Assembly: GCA_965204535.1 (NCBI GenBank)
Contig: CBDBEV010000001.1
Coordinates: forward strand, 1,696,001 to 1,760,000
Reading direction: 5' to 3'
DNA length: 64,000 nt
Source of the DNA: a bacterium
Lineage (GTDB): Bacteria; UBA8248
This document shows, in pieces, positions 37,734-48,502 of the stretch. Every line of letters begins with the position of its first letter. Position 1 is the first letter of the stretch. The translations under genes and the position numbers were made by a program. The notes below the pieces were generated by a model. The model did not search any database, was not told the origin of the DNA, and saw nothing but the letters and a program-made list of their open reading frames with translations.

Positions 37734-38063
37734 TTATTTCTCCTTTCTGGGTGGAGTTTTAAATCCTATCTGGTGGCGCTCGTCAGTAATTTCGGTGTTT
37801 TGCTGTAATGCTTTTTCTCTCAATTCACTCAATAAATTATGTCCCGCCCATGTCAAGCCTTTGATTACATAGTCCACGCCACCGTCCTCACCATCGACGG
37901 TTTCCAGGTAATATTCGAAATCAATGCAGTTTTTCTCTTGTAGCAATTCGACATGATAATCGATCTCGCCTTGGTCATATCCAGAGATATGTAAAACTGG
38001 ACTCGCTTCCTCGGCTTCAATTTTCTCGAGTATTCTTAGAACAAGCTGAATATCCCGTTTCAT
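37734..38063 (-). CDS. DUF2513 domain protein
   Basis: MKRDIQLVLRILEKIE...IDYHVELL...LTWAGHNLL. Confidence 0.8.
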   Translation of the reverse strand: MKRDIQLVLRILEKIEAEEASPVLHISGYDQGEIDYHVELLQEKNCIDFEYYLETVDGEDGGVDYVIKGLTWAGHNLLSELREKALQQNTEITDERHQIGFKTPPRKEK

Positions 38064-38329
38064 TTCTTTTCTTCCGTGACTGATTGAAGATAATTGACCA
38101 AATTTTCTATCTTTTCTAATTCAATGGAATAATGACATCCCCCGTTGCCAATGAGATCTTGGGTTTTATCGTTCGATATCACCACAAGGGAAATTTCCCC
38201 CTTTTTCGTTTGTTGTATATCGAAGTCCTCGATTTTTACTGGAGTCCTGAATCTATTTCTTGCTTCTGCCGCAAATTCCTTGCTACTCATATTATCAATG
38301 GCGTAATCTCTCATTATTCTTTCTCCCAA
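38060..38329 (-). CDS. Hypothetical protein
   Basis: Short ORF with ATGA overlap to the DUF2513 gene; start uncertain. Confidence 0.5.
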   Translation of the reverse strand: MGERIMRDYAIDNMSSKEFAAEARNRFRTPVKIEDFDIQQTKKGEISLVVISNDKTQDLIGNGGCHYSIELEKIENLVNYLQSVTEEKK

Positions 38330-38499
38330 TCCCAGACGGCTGTTTTGTCAGTGTGTGGGTCGACCATTTGCTTATTGATGATCGAGGGTGAACCCGTGAG
38401 GGTGCCGCGGACTTCCAAATTTCCCTTCTTTGCTCAGACCTTCCCCCTTTCTGCGGACGCACTATGCCCCCGCACCCACTTGACAAAAAAATGGAAAGA

Positions 38500-38543
38500 A
38501 GGGGTATTTCAGGGCACATTCTAGAGTGTCCTGAAATACCCCT
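38500..38543. repeat. Long inverted repeat
   Basis: AGGGGTATTTCAGGGCAC...GTGTCCTGAAATACCCCT. Confidence 0.6.
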
Positions 38544-38701
38544 CACCACGCCTCCGGCTGCTACCGGGGGCTTTTCACGTCTGGCATTCTATTCTGAACA
38601 TGCTGATCGATCAACCGAATTTTACAAATTCGGTCTGCCGACCCACGTTATATAGGCGTTCGCATGAAACTTCGGTACCCAAAACACCGGGAGGTCCCGA
38701 A

Positions 38702-39401
38702 ATGTTCGAGCAAGTGGCGAAACCACGCTTGCGCGGAAACTGCCAGCTGGTGCGATACGCCGATGACTTTGTCGTCGCCTTCGAAGACCACCACAAAGGC
38801 AAGCGATTACTCGATGTGCTGGGCAAACGTCTCGGTCGATACGGACTCACGCTCCATGAGGCCAAGACGCGCTATGTGGACTTCCGCCGGAGGCGTCCCT
38901 ACGGGCGACACTGGATGGCGTCGGCCACGTCGTTCGGCTTCCTCGGCTTCACCCACGTCTGGGGGCGGTCGATGCGAGGCAAGGACGTCGTTCGTCAAAT
39001 CACGGCGAAAGGCCACTTCACCCGCGCGCTGAAATCGGTGCACGAGTGGTGCAAGAGACACCGGCACCTGCCGGTCAAGGCGCAGCGTGACTATCTCGTC
39101 CGGGTGATACGAGGCCACTGCGCATATTACGGTCTGACAGGGAACGGCAAGCGTCTTCGGTGGTTCCGCTACCAGATGGCTCGCACGTGGCGGCAGTAGC
39201 TTTCGCGCCGCAGCCGCCTGCACCGGATGAACTGGGACCGGATGAACGCGCTCCTCATGCGATACCCCCTTCCATTTGTCTCGTACGCGCGCTCACGGCA
39301 AAGCTCCTTGAGCGAACCAGTCAGGTGAGGGACCGAGTGCGTCAATCGCGCACGCTCGGATCTGTGGGGGGAGGGCTCGACAACGACCCCTCCTACCCGG
39401 C
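38702..39401 (+). mobile_element. 5'-truncated group II intron remnant (RT/maturase pseudogene plus domains V-VI)
   Basis: LVRYADDFV, FGFLGFTH, domain X IRGHCAYYG with an in-frame TAG (WRQ*LSRRS); DV-like GACCGAGTGCG...CGCACGCTCGGATC followed by a DVI hairpin ending TACCCGGC. Confidence 0.85.
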
Positions 39402-39792
39402 CCCGAACGCGTAACCGTTCGCTGGTGGGGTGATAATGCCGCAAGGCTCAGAGGCAGTTGTTGGTATGGCACGGGGTATCCGGTTTGGGACGGCGGATTT
39501 TTGATGCTCATCACCCTGCCACCGAATGGTTACGAACGCTTACGGACGCGCGCCCGCCGTGATGCGCTGGAGTTTGAACGAGTCCGCTTTCGGCTTGATT
39601 ACGGAGCGGGGAGGGCGGATTCCGGCAGAAACAGATATCTCATTTAGTATCAATGAGATAAATGGATTTTACCGTTGTCGGAAATGGCTTGAAAAATCTA
39701 ATTTATCGAAAAACCCCGTGAATTTATCGATATTTACCGTATTTTTCAGTATTTCCCCAAAGCCTCGAAGAGGCCGAACCCGACCGGGGAGA

Positions 39793-39994
39793 GGCGGTTG
39801 AAAAAGCCATCCACGCTCGGAATTCACCGCCGCCGGAATGACCAACAAAGCCGCAAGAACTGTAGGGACAGGCCCCCGTGCCTGTCCGATGCCCTGTTCT
39901 ACAAGGGACTACCACAGGGGGTTGTCCCTACAATTCCCCCTCCCCCGGCCGGCTCCATACGCAGAATCACGAAAGCAGGCCTTTTTCAACAGCC
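39793..39994. mobile_element. MITE-like element with GGC(T/G)GTTGAAAAA termini containing a GTAG-type REP pair
   Basis: GGCGGTTGAAAAAG ... CTTTTTCAACAGCC; internal GTAGGGACAGGCCCCCGTGCCTGTCC, also present near 51357. Confidence 0.6.
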
Positions 39995-40470
39995 CCGATG
40001 AAAGAGCAATCGCGCTTCCCCGGGAAGGGGAAAATCGCGCCTCCTGAAGCCGAATCGCCCGAATCATTTCTCCCCTCCTCGCGCCGGCAAGCGCGGCAAT
40101 CCCCCGAGCGGGATCGATTTTCCGCGAGGGATTCTCTCCCGCCCCGCGAAAAACCCGATAACGCCAAATGCGGGAAAATGCGCGGCATGAAGAACGCCAA
40201 CCATTCCACCGGACATCTCGCGCCCATTCGTATTCGCGCGCGCCGCATCACCGGATTTCCGCTATCTCCCCCTGAAAAATCTTGCTCCCGCGCGCTGCAT
40301 ATCGTAACCTAAACGCATAAAGAGTATTCACGACATTTTCACGCCCGCTTCGCCGCATCGGAAACGAAGCAGCGCATCTCGTCCACGCCTCGATGAGGCC
40401 GGGTGTCGGCGCGCACGAACGCCCCGTCGCGCTTCCCGGCGCGGACGGCCCAAGACACGAGGAGAACGCC

Positions 40471-43400
40471 ATGAGGACCCTGAAACCGTTATTTTTCTTT
40501 TGGCTCGCCCTGACCCTGGCCGGCGCATTGGCCGCCGCGCCCCCCGTCTTCGCGCAGGATAGCTGCCCGCTCCCGGCGGGCGTCACGGCGAATCCGCTCG
40601 CCACCCCGAGCGTCACGGCCGCTCATGTGGAGGCGGATTCCAACCGACTGACGGACTTCGCCCTGGCGGCGAGAGATTATATGGAAAGCGTCCGGCCCCC
40701 GGGCGAATTGGCGCACAACGCTTGCATCATTCGCCAGGAGGGCCCCTGGAAGTCCGGCGGCACCTACCTCGTCACCGTCTCCCTCGATGGAAGGGTGTTC
40801 TTCCACTCGGCCAGGGCGGCGTTGGGCGGCAAGCCGCTCAGCAATGCAGTTCGTCTAGCCATTTATCGCGCGCTGGGAATCACCTCCACTGCACCTGCCG
40901 GCATCCGCGCCGCCTTGGTCAATGTGGCCGAAACAGGGAGCTTCCCGAACGCGGATGGGGGCGCTCTGCAGGGAGTTGGCGGCTACGCCGTCGGGTTCAG
41001 GCGCACCGGGGGGAATCCGCTCATACTGGTCGCCGGACTCGATATCGGGGAAGCTCACCTCGGCACGGAAACCGTCGATCCCGGCGACCCCGACGTACGG
41101 GCCGACGAGGTGGTGGACCGCGCTACGCTCAAGGCCTTCGTGGAGGGAGCGACGCAGTACGTCATCGACCGCTACCGGTCGGAAGGCCGCAGCGCTTTTA
41201 CACAAATAAAGAGCGTCTTGAGGGACCCGAGCGGCCCCTGGAGGCACGGCCCCACCTATCTCTTCATCATGGAGCCCACCGGCTACACGATCTTTCACGG
41301 TGCGTTCCCGGACAGGTTCGAGTTCCAGACGCCGACCAATACCCTGAGAGAGCAGCTGCCGTCGGGTGAACCGGGTGACCTTATTCTGCCGAAGATCATC
41401 CGGACCGCGAGAAGCAATCCCGCCGGCGACTTCGTGGAGTATTATTTCGACAACCCGGACGACCCGAACGACGACTTCAACACCCTCAAGGTGAGCTTCG
41501 TGCGCCAGCACGTCTTCCAGGCCAGGAGGGCGGACGGGACCACGTTCGAATACCCGCTCATCTTCGGCGCAGGCATCTACGGAGAAGGGACGGGCGGGAT
41601 GACGCAGGCCTGCCCGCTCCCGGCGGGCGTCACGGCGAATCCGCTCGCCACCCCGAGCATTACGGCGGAACAGGTGGAGGCGGGCTCCGCCGATTTGAGC
41701 GATTTCGCCCTGGCGGCGAAGCGATACATGGAGAGCGTCGAGAGAGGGCCGGAACTGGCGCACAACGCCTGCGTCGTCAGGCAGGATGGACCCTGGAAGT
41801 CCGGCGACACCTATCTCGTCACGATAAATACCGAGGGAAGGGTGTTCTTTCACGCGGCGAAGGCGGCTTTGGGCGGCAGGCCGCTCAAGCGTCCCATCTG
41901 GCAGGCGATCGCCGCCGCGACGGGCGCTGCCGCATTGCGCACGACAGGCGCCTTCGGGAACCCGAACGGCGGCGCATTACCGGCGCAAATCGGCGGCTAC
42001 GCCATCGGGTTCCAACGCGAAGGAGGAAGCCCGCTCATCCTCGTCGCCGGTCTCGATATCGGGGAAGCTCACCTTGATACGGAGACCATCGACCCAGGCG
42101 ACCCGACAGTGCGGGCCGACGAGGTGGTGGACCGCGCAACGCTCAGGACCTTCGTGAACGAAGCGACGGATTACGTCCTGAGCACTTTCCGCTCAGAAGG
42201 CCGCGCCGCGTTCAACAAGGTAAAGAGCGTCTTGCGGGATCCGAACGGACCCTGGAGGCACGGCCCCGTCTATCTCTTCATCATGGAGCGCACCGGCTAC
42301 ACGATCTTTCACGGCGCGTTCCCCGACAGATTCGAATTCCGGAGGCCCACGGACACCCTGAGAGACGAAGTCACCGGACGACTCATTCTGCCGCAGATCA
42401 TCCGGACAGCGACAAGCAGCGAGGACGGCGGTTTTGTCCAGTATTATTTCGACAACCCGGATGACCCGAACGACGATTTCAACACACTCAAGGTGACCTA
42501 CGCGCGCCAGCACGTCTTTAGCAGCACGCTGGCGGACGGGACCACGTTCGAATACCCGCTCATCTTCGGCGCCGGCATCTACGGGGAAGAGGGCGCGGTG
42601 TCGGAGCGGAGCGTGGCGGCGACGAGGGGCTGGCTCGCGCGCTTCGGCCGCGCGGTGGGAAGCCGGGCGGTGGAGATGATATCGAGCCGCCTGAACGCGC
42701 CCGCTCCGAGCGGGGCGAAGATGACGCTGGGCGGCCAGACGGTGAAGCTGGATGCGGATCCGGAGCGCTACCTGACGAGAGAAGGCGCGGGCTTCGGGTT
42801 CGCCTCGCTCGCGCATGATGGAATCGGCGCCCGCGGCCTCTCGCGCCCGATACTCACGAACCGGCCGGCCAATGGGGAGGAGGATTCCCCGGGGGCCTAC
42901 CGCGAGATGACGATGAGCCAGCTACTCTCGGGCGCTTCGTTCCACTTGGCTTCAGCTAAGGAGGCCGCGGAGGCGGCGGGCAGCCGATGGTCGATCTGGG
43001 GCCGCGGCGCGCGGACGAGCTTCGAAGGCGGAGGGGAAGCTGCCATCGAAGGCGACGTGACGACGGCCATGCTGGGCGTGGACTACGAGAAGGGCAAGTT
43101 CCTCGCGGGCGTGGCGCTCTCGCGCGCCAGCGGCGACGGCGGCTTCAAGAACGGGGGCCGGAGCGAGCTTGAGGCGACGCTCACGAGCGTGCACCCCTAC
43201 CTTCGCTATGAGGCGAGCGAGCGGCTCTCGTTGTGGGGAGTCCTGGGCATGGGCCAGGGCGAGATGACGCTCGATGAGAGTGATCAGAAGCACGAAACCG
43301 ACATCGAGATGCGCATGGGCGCGTTCGGGGTTCGCGGCGCGCTCACGAAGGTGGGCGGGTTCGACCTGGCGGTGAAGTCCGACGTCCTCCTCACGCAGAT

Positions 43401-44061
43401 GGACTCGGACGCGAAAGACGGGCTCGAATCCATCTCGGCGGAGTCGAGCCGCCTGCGGGTGATGCTGGAAGCCTCGCGCAAGGTCGCCATGGAAGGCGGC
43501 GGGACGTTCCGGCCTTCGGTGGAGGCGGGGCTGCGCCACGACGGCGGCGACGTGGACGAGGGGCTGGGCGTGGAGGTGGGCGGCAGACTGCGCTTCACGA
43601 GCCCCTCCATGGGCCTGACGTTCGAGCTGAATGCGCGGGGACTCGTCACGCACGAGGAAAAAGACGTGGCCGACTGGGGCGTGGGCGGCATGATCCGCAT
43701 CGCCCCCGGCAAGGAGGGCCGCGGTCTCGCCCTCACGGTGCGGCCCGAAGTGGGTGAGACGGCGGGCGGCGCGGCGCGCCTGTGGGGTATCAAGGACGCC
43801 TCGCGTCTGGCGCGGGAGGAAATCGAGGACCTGGACCCCCGCGTGCGCGCGGAGGTGGGCTATGGGCTGGACGCCTGGGGCGGTCTGCTGACGCCCTACG
43901 CCGGCCTCTCGGTGTCGGATAGCGGAAACGGGGCCTACCGCCTGGGCGGCCGCTTCAGGATGGGCGAGCGCCTGAGCATGAGCCTGGAGGGCGACGTGCG
44001 CGAGCGCGTTAACGCCGACCCCGTCCACGGCGTGGCCCTTCGCGGTACGATGCGCTGGTAA
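40471..44061 (+). CDS. Autotransporter with duplicated Cache-like passenger modules
   Basis: Signal peptide MRTLKPLFF...PVFA; two ~330-aa repeats; beta-barrel region (WSIWGRG, GVEVGGRL, LTPYAG) ending in W. Confidence 0.8.
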   Translation: MRTLKPLFFFWLALTLAGALAAAPPVFAQDSCPLPAGVTANPLATPSVTAAHVEADSNRLTDFALAARDYMESVRPPGELAHNACIIRQEGPWKSGGTYLVTVSLDGRVFFHSARAALGGKPLSNAVRLAIYRALGITSTAPAGIRAALVNVAETGSFPNADGGALQGVGGYAVGFRRTGGNPLILVAGLDIGEAHLGTETVDPGDPDVRADEVVDRATLKAFVEGATQYVIDRYRSEGRSAFTQIKSVLRDPSGPWRHGPTYLFIMEPTGYTIFHGAFPDRFEFQTPTNTLREQLPSGEPGDLILPKIIRTARSNPAGDFVEYYFDNPDDPNDDFNTLKVSFVRQHVFQARRADGTTFEYPLIFGAGIYGEGTGGMTQACPLPAGVTANPLATPSITAEQVEAGSADLSDFALAAKRYMESVERGPELAHNACVVRQDGPWKSGDTYLVTINTEGRVFFHAAKAALGGRPLKRPIWQAIAAATGAAALRTTGAFGNPNGGALPAQIGGYAIGFQREGGSPLILVAGLDIGEAHLDTETIDPGDPTVRADEVVDRATLRTFVNEATDYVLSTFRSEGRAAFNKVKSVLRDPNGPWRHGPVYLFIMERTGYTIFHGAFPDRFEFRRPTDTLRDEVTGRLILPQIIRTATSSEDGGFVQYYFDNPDDPNDDFNTLKVTYARQHVFSSTLADGTTFEYPLIFGAGIYGEEGAVSERSVAATRGWLARFGRAVGSRAVEMISSRLNAPAPSGAKMTLGGQTVKLDADPERYLTREGAGFGFASLAHDGIGARGLSRPILTNRPANGEEDSPGAYREMTMSQLLSGASFHLASAKEAAEAAGSRWSIWGRGARTSFEGGGEAAIEGDVTTAMLGVDYEKGKFLAGVALSRASGDGGFKNGGRSELEATLTSVHPYLRYEASERLSLWGVLGMGQGEMTLDESDQKHETDIEMRMGAFGVRGALTKVGGFDLAVKSDVLLTQMDSDAKDGLESISAESSRLRVMLEASRKVAMEGGGTFRPSVEAGLRHDGGDVDEGLGVEVGGRLRFTSPSMGLTFELNARGLVTHEEKDVADWGVGGMIRIAPGKEGRGLALTVRPEVGETAGGAARLWGIKDASRLAREEIEDLDPRVRAEVGYGLDAWGGLLTPYAGLSVSDSGNGAYRLGGRFRMGERLSMSLEGDVRERVNADPVHGVALRGTMRW
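40564..42583 (+). repeat. Intragenic tandem duplication (~1 kb x2)
   Basis: TGCCCGCTCCCGGCGGGCGTCACGGCGAATCCGCTCGCCACCCCGAGC at 40564 and 41611; both units end in EYPLIFGAGIYGE. Confidence 0.9.
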
Positions 44062-44080
44062 TATAGAAGGAGAATCACCA

Positions 44081-44118
44081 AGGGGCGGCCCCTGTCCGGG
44101 GCCGCCCCTGTTTGTTTT
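44081..44118 (+). terminator. Terminator hairpin after the autotransporter
   Basis: AGGGGCGGCCCC...GGGGCCGCCCCT followed by GTTTGTTTT. Confidence 0.65.
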
Positions 44119-44158
44119 CCGGCGGAGGGATTTCGTAGAAGCAATCCCGACCAAAGAG

Positions 44159-44661
44159 GGGATTGTTAAAAAAGCCTTTGCCGAAGGAGCAACCCCCCTA
44201 TCCCCCTTATCGGGCTTGTTGAAAAACACCCTGATCGGGCAATGGCAACCCCCTTGAAAGCGAAATCCCATAACGTCAACCCCCCCTACCCCCCCTTGTC
44301 AGGGGTCAAAACCGACTGAAGAGGGAGGTTTTGCAAGACGATGTGTTTCTCGTCAATGGCTTATGCAAACGCTCGTTCACCACTCGCGTTTGACCCCTGA
44401 CAAGGGGGATAGGGGGGATTGGTTTTCAAGTCGAGGGCGAGCGGATGGTATGGCGGATTACACGGCGGTTCCCCTTTCCACCACGCAGGCGGCCACAAAA
44501 CCTCATCCCGAGTAGGCGCGCAGGTCAAACGCGACTGATGAGGGGTTGTTGAAAAACCCCTGCCTGCGACCCTCGTAAACCGCCAACGCCTCTTTCCTCA
44601 CCCTGAGTAGCCGCCGAAGGCGGCGTATCGAAGGGCGAGGAAAGTCGAACGCCTCGCGCCG
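44159..44661. repeat. Cluster of palindromic/MITE-like repeats
   Basis: Three GTT(G/A)AAAAA termini; CCCCCCTACCCCCCTTGTCAGGGG inverted pair; 44541-44661 matches 57217-57337 in reverse. Confidence 0.65.
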
Positions 44662-44760
44662 TGCGGCGCATCGCCTCCGCATCCGCCGCGTTGTTCTTGT
44701 GGCGCTTGCCGAAGGGCTTCACGGCTTGCCGGGGCGTCGGTGTCTCTGCGTGGCGCCGAC
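44655..44760 (-). pseudogene. IS110-family transposase fragment
   Basis: KPFGKRHKNNAADAEA resembles the IS110 KPxxKRxKNDAADAEA motif. Confidence 0.6.
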
Positions 44761-44899
44761 GTACATCCGCCGCGGAGCAGTTCGTTTACGGATGTGATAA
44801 GCTGTTCCTCGCCGTTCGCTCATCAGCCGGCCGGATTCGCCCCCGGCGCCGGAAGGCAAACGCCCGGAATGCGCCGCCGCGTTTTGGAGGCGAAGTCGC

Positions 44900-46549
44900 T
44901 TGCCTGAAATCGAGTATCTCTGGGATATCATCATCGTACTCGGCTCGGCGGTCGTGGTCGCAACGCTGTTGCGCCGCCTGGGGGTCCCGTCGATCGCCGG
45001 ATTCATCCTCGCTGGCGCCCTGGCCGGACCCACGGCATTGAGTCTCGTGGACGATACCCATCAGGTCGAGGTGTTGGCCGAAATCGGCATCGTCCTCCTT
45101 CTCTTCGGAATCGGCCTGGAACTCTCACTCGAACATCTGCGGCGCCTTTGGAAAGTCATCCTTCTGGGCGGGAGCATTCAAGTGGCGGCCACGGTCGCAT
45201 GCGCCGCAGCCCTGGCCAACTGGTTCGGACTCGCAACGGGCTCTGCGGTGTTTCTGGGCTGCGTGGTCGCCGTATCGAGCACCGCCGTCGTTTTGCGAGG
45301 CCTTTCCTCGCGGGGCGAACTGGATGCGCCGCACGGTCGTCTGGCCGTCGGCATACTTCTCTTCCAGGACTTGTGCGTGGTTCCCATGCTCCTGGCGGTG
45401 CCCGTTCTGGCCGGACAAGAGAGTTCGGCGCGGGAAATCGCGCTCGCGGCCGCGACCGGTCTCGCCATCCTGGCGGGCGTTCTGGTTGCGGCCGGGCGCA
45501 TCATTCCGTACCTGCTCTCATTCGTGGCCGAGACGAAAGAGAGGGAACTCTTCGTTCTGGCCGTCTTTCTGGTGTGCTTCGGCATCACATGGAGCCTCTC
45601 GCAGGCGGGGATATCGCTGGCCCTCGGGGCGTTCCTGGCGGGCCTGATCGTCGCCGGAAGCGAGTTCCGCCACCAGGCGACGTCGGATCTGATCCCCGTG
45701 CGGGAAGTATTCGCCGGCGTATTCTTCGTTTCCGTCGGCATGCTGCTGGACGTCTCGGACGTGTTCGAGCACCTGGCGTCGACGCTCGGGCTTCTCGGCC
45801 TCATCCTCGCCGGTAAATTCGCGATCATGCTCGCAACGGGATTGGTTCTGCGTCTGCCGCTTCGCGTGGCCATCCTCTCGGCGGCGACTTTGTGTCAAAT
45901 CGGCGAGTTCTCGTTCGTGCTCCTGAAAGCCGCTTCGGGAACCGGCCTCCTGGAAGCGGGCCTGTCCCACAATCTGCTGGTAGCCATTATCCTGTCCATG
46001 CTGCTCACGCCGATGGTTATCGCATTCGGCCCCCACCTGGCTCTCGGCGCGGGCCGGGTCGCCTGGCTGAACCGGATACTGGATGCGGAACCTCCCGGAA
46101 TCGACGCTCACGAACCGCATAGCGACCACGTCATCGTCGCCGGATACGGCCGGGCGGGCCGGGAAATTTGCCAGGCCGCGCGGGACGCGGGGTTCGCCTG
46201 CATCGCGGTCGACGTGAACGTCGACAACGTCCGCACGGCGAAAGCGGCCGGAGACAAGGCCGTGTTCGGAGACGCCACCCGGAAGGAAGTGCTGGAGGAG
46301 CTCGGCTGCCGGTATGCCCGTCTCGTGGTGGTGTCCATCAACGACACCCGGGCCACCGAGCTTGCCGTCGCTGCGATTCGCCGGACGGCGCCCGACACGC
46401 CCGTCATCGCGCGAGCTCTCTACGACATCGACGAGAACGCGTTGCGGGCCGCCGGCGCCACGAGGATCATCACGGCGGAAGCCACGACGAGCGCCGCGCT
46501 GGTCGGCGCATGTCTCGCGGAACTCGGTTCGAGGAGCAAGGAAGACTAG
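44900..46549 (+). CDS. CPA2 cation:proton antiporter with TrkA-N domain (Kef-type)
   Basis: LAEIGIVLLLFGIGLE, SSTAVV, FQDL, QIGEFSFVL; C-terminal VIVAGYGRAG, GDAT. Confidence 0.9.
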   Translation: MPEIEYLWDIIIVLGSAVVVATLLRRLGVPSIAGFILAGALAGPTALSLVDDTHQVEVLAEIGIVLLLFGIGLELSLEHLRRLWKVILLGGSIQVAATVACAAALANWFGLATGSAVFLGCVVAVSSTAVVLRGLSSRGELDAPHGRLAVGILLFQDLCVVPMLLAVPVLAGQESSAREIALAAATGLAILAGVLVAAGRIIPYLLSFVAETKERELFVLAVFLVCFGITWSLSQAGISLALGAFLAGLIVAGSEFRHQATSDLIPVREVFAGVFFVSVGMLLDVSDVFEHLASTLGLLGLILAGKFAIMLATGLVLRLPLRVAILSAATLCQIGEFSFVLLKAASGTGLLEAGLSHNLLVAIILSMLLTPMVIAFGPHLALGAGRVAWLNRILDAEPPGIDAHEPHSDHVIVAGYGRAGREICQAARDAGFACIAVDVNVDNVRTAKAAGDKAVFGDATRKEVLEELGCRYARLVVVSINDTRATELAVAAIRRTAPDTPVIARALYDIDENALRAAGATRIITAEATTSAALVGACLAELGSRSKED

Positions 46550-46766
46550 GCCGTATCCAACGGCTTCCCGCCGGTCGAGAACGCCTTCGGCGAACTCTCT
46601 TGAGGGTCGGAGCGTACCGAGGAGGGGCCGCCCCCACAAAACTCTTTCCTGCAGGCCGAACGCCACTTTCTTGTTGCAATTCCCCGCCCCGCCTTCTAGG
46701 ATATTTCCCGCTCGGGCACATCCGCGACTCGAACCCGTCACTTACCAAAAACGCGAGGATACAGGC

Positions 46767-48464
46767 GTGAAAACCACCTTCACACTCATCATAGCCATCA
46801 TCACTTTTTTCACCGCGCAGGCGGCGCACGCCGCGCGCGGGGCCGACGGGCATCTGCGCATCATCTACTGGCAGGCGCCCTCCACCATGAACCCCTACCT
46901 CTCGGGCGGCACCAAGGAGATAGAGGCCGCATCGCTGGTTCTGGAGCCCCTTGCGCGCTACGACCAGAACGGGAACATGACGCCCTGGCTCGCCGAACGG
47001 GTTCCCACGCTGGAAAACGGCGGCGTGTCGAAGGATTTGCGCACCATCACCTGGAAGCTCAAAAGCGTCCTCAAGTGGGCGGACGGAACGCCGCTCACCG
47101 CCAGGGACGTCGTCTTCACCTGGAAATACTGCACGCATCCCCAGGGGGGCTGTTCCCAGAGCGAGAAATACAACGACGTAAAAACAGTCGAGGCTCTCGA
47201 CGCGCGCACAGTGCGCGTGACCTTCGGCATCGCGAAACCCTTTCCCTACGGGCCGTTCGTCGGCGCGCAGGCCCCTATCATCCAGGCGGCGCAGTTCGCC
47301 GACTGCCTGGGGGCCAAGGCGCCGCGCTGCACCGACGCCAACTTCAAGCCCGTGGGCACGGGGCCCTTCGCCGTCGCTGAGTTCCGCCCGAACGACGTCA
47401 TCTCCTTCGTCGCCAACCGCAACTACCGCGACCCGGCCAAGCCGGCCTTCGCGCGGGTGACCTTCAAGGGCGGCGGCGACGCGGCGGCGGCGGCGCGTTC
47501 GGTCCTGGAGACCGGGGAGTTCGACTACGCCTGGAACCTGCAACTCGCCCCCGACGTGCTCGCGAACATGAAAAAGGCGGGCAAGGGCGTCGTCATCTCC
47601 TCGTTCGGCACGCTGGTCGAGCGCATCGTCGTGAACCTGACGAACCCGGCCCCCAAACTCGGGGAGGAGCGCTCCACCGCCAGGCATCCCCATCCTTTTC
47701 TCTCGGACCCCAGCGTGCGCAAGGCGCTCTCGATGGCGATCGACCGAAAGCTGCTCGTCGAGATCGGCTACGGCCCCGCCGGCAGGCCGACGTGCAACAT
47801 CCTTCCCGCGCCCGCCATCTACAAATCCACGGCCAACGACGCGTGCCTCAAGCAGGACATCCCCGGCGCCAACAAGCTGCTCGACAAGGCGGGCTGGAAG
47901 CGAGGGCCGGGCGGCGTGCGCACCAAGAACGGGGTCAAGCTCTCGATCCTCTACCAGACCTCCACCAACGCCGTGCGCCAGGATTTCCAGGCGCTGATAA
48001 AACAATGGTGGTCCAAGATCGGGGTCGAGACCGAGCTTCGCAACATCAGCGCCTCGGTGTTTTTCGGCGGCGACCCGGCGAGCGGCGACACCTTCCAGAA
48101 GTTCCAGGCCGACGTGCAGATGTACGCCAACAACTTCGACGGCACGGACCCGGAATCCTACATGGCGAACTGGGCGTGCAAGGAGGCCCCGCGTCCCGAA
48201 ACGCAGTGGCAGGGCAACAACGTGCCGCGCTTCTGCGACCCCGCCTACGACGCGCTCATCGCCAAAATGGCGCGCGCCGGCGCGCTCAAGGAACGGGCCC
48301 GCCTCGCCAGGGCCATGAACGACATGGTGGTGCAGGCCTACGCGATCATCCCGCTGGTCGACCGAGGGCGCGTATCGGCCCACGCCAAAACGCTGGGCGG
48401 CGTGGTTCTGAACACCTGGGATTCGGAGCTTTGGAACATCGCCGACTGGCGCCGCGTCAAATAG
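46767..48464 (+). CDS. Peptide ABC transporter substrate-binding protein (family 5)
   Basis: GTG start after GAGGA; signal peptide; LAERVP...KWADGTPLTARDVVFTW; PVGTGPF. Confidence 0.9.
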   Translation: MKTTFTLIIAIITFFTAQAAHAARGADGHLRIIYWQAPSTMNPYLSGGTKEIEAASLVLEPLARYDQNGNMTPWLAERVPTLENGGVSKDLRTITWKLKSVLKWADGTPLTARDVVFTWKYCTHPQGGCSQSEKYNDVKTVEALDARTVRVTFGIAKPFPYGPFVGAQAPIIQAAQFADCLGAKAPRCTDANFKPVGTGPFAVAEFRPNDVISFVANRNYRDPAKPAFARVTFKGGGDAAAAARSVLETGEFDYAWNLQLAPDVLANMKKAGKGVVISSFGTLVERIVVNLTNPAPKLGEERSTARHPHPFLSDPSVRKALSMAIDRKLLVEIGYGPAGRPTCNILPAPAIYKSTANDACLKQDIPGANKLLDKAGWKRGPGGVRTKNGVKLSILYQTSTNAVRQDFQALIKQWWSKIGVETELRNISASVFFGGDPASGDTFQKFQADVQMYANNFDGTDPESYMANWACKEAPRPETQWQGNNVPRFCDPAYDALIAKMARAGALKERARLARAMNDMVVQAYAIIPLVDRGRVSAHAKTLGGVVLNTWDSELWNIADWRRVK

Positions 48465-48502
48465 GCCCGCGCGCCGCTTAAGGGCCACCGAGGCTTGAGG
48501 CG

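Noticed and set aside
38600-39414. Retron, DGR or defence-associated reverse transcriptase
   Set aside because: The RT is N-terminally truncated, has a nonsense codon and is followed by group II intron domains V-VI
46470-48488. 672-aa minus-strand ORF and similar long antisense ORFs (e.g. 42952-44271, 54766-56073, 62356-63861)
   Set aside because: Shadow frames of well-supported GC-rich genes; no motifs
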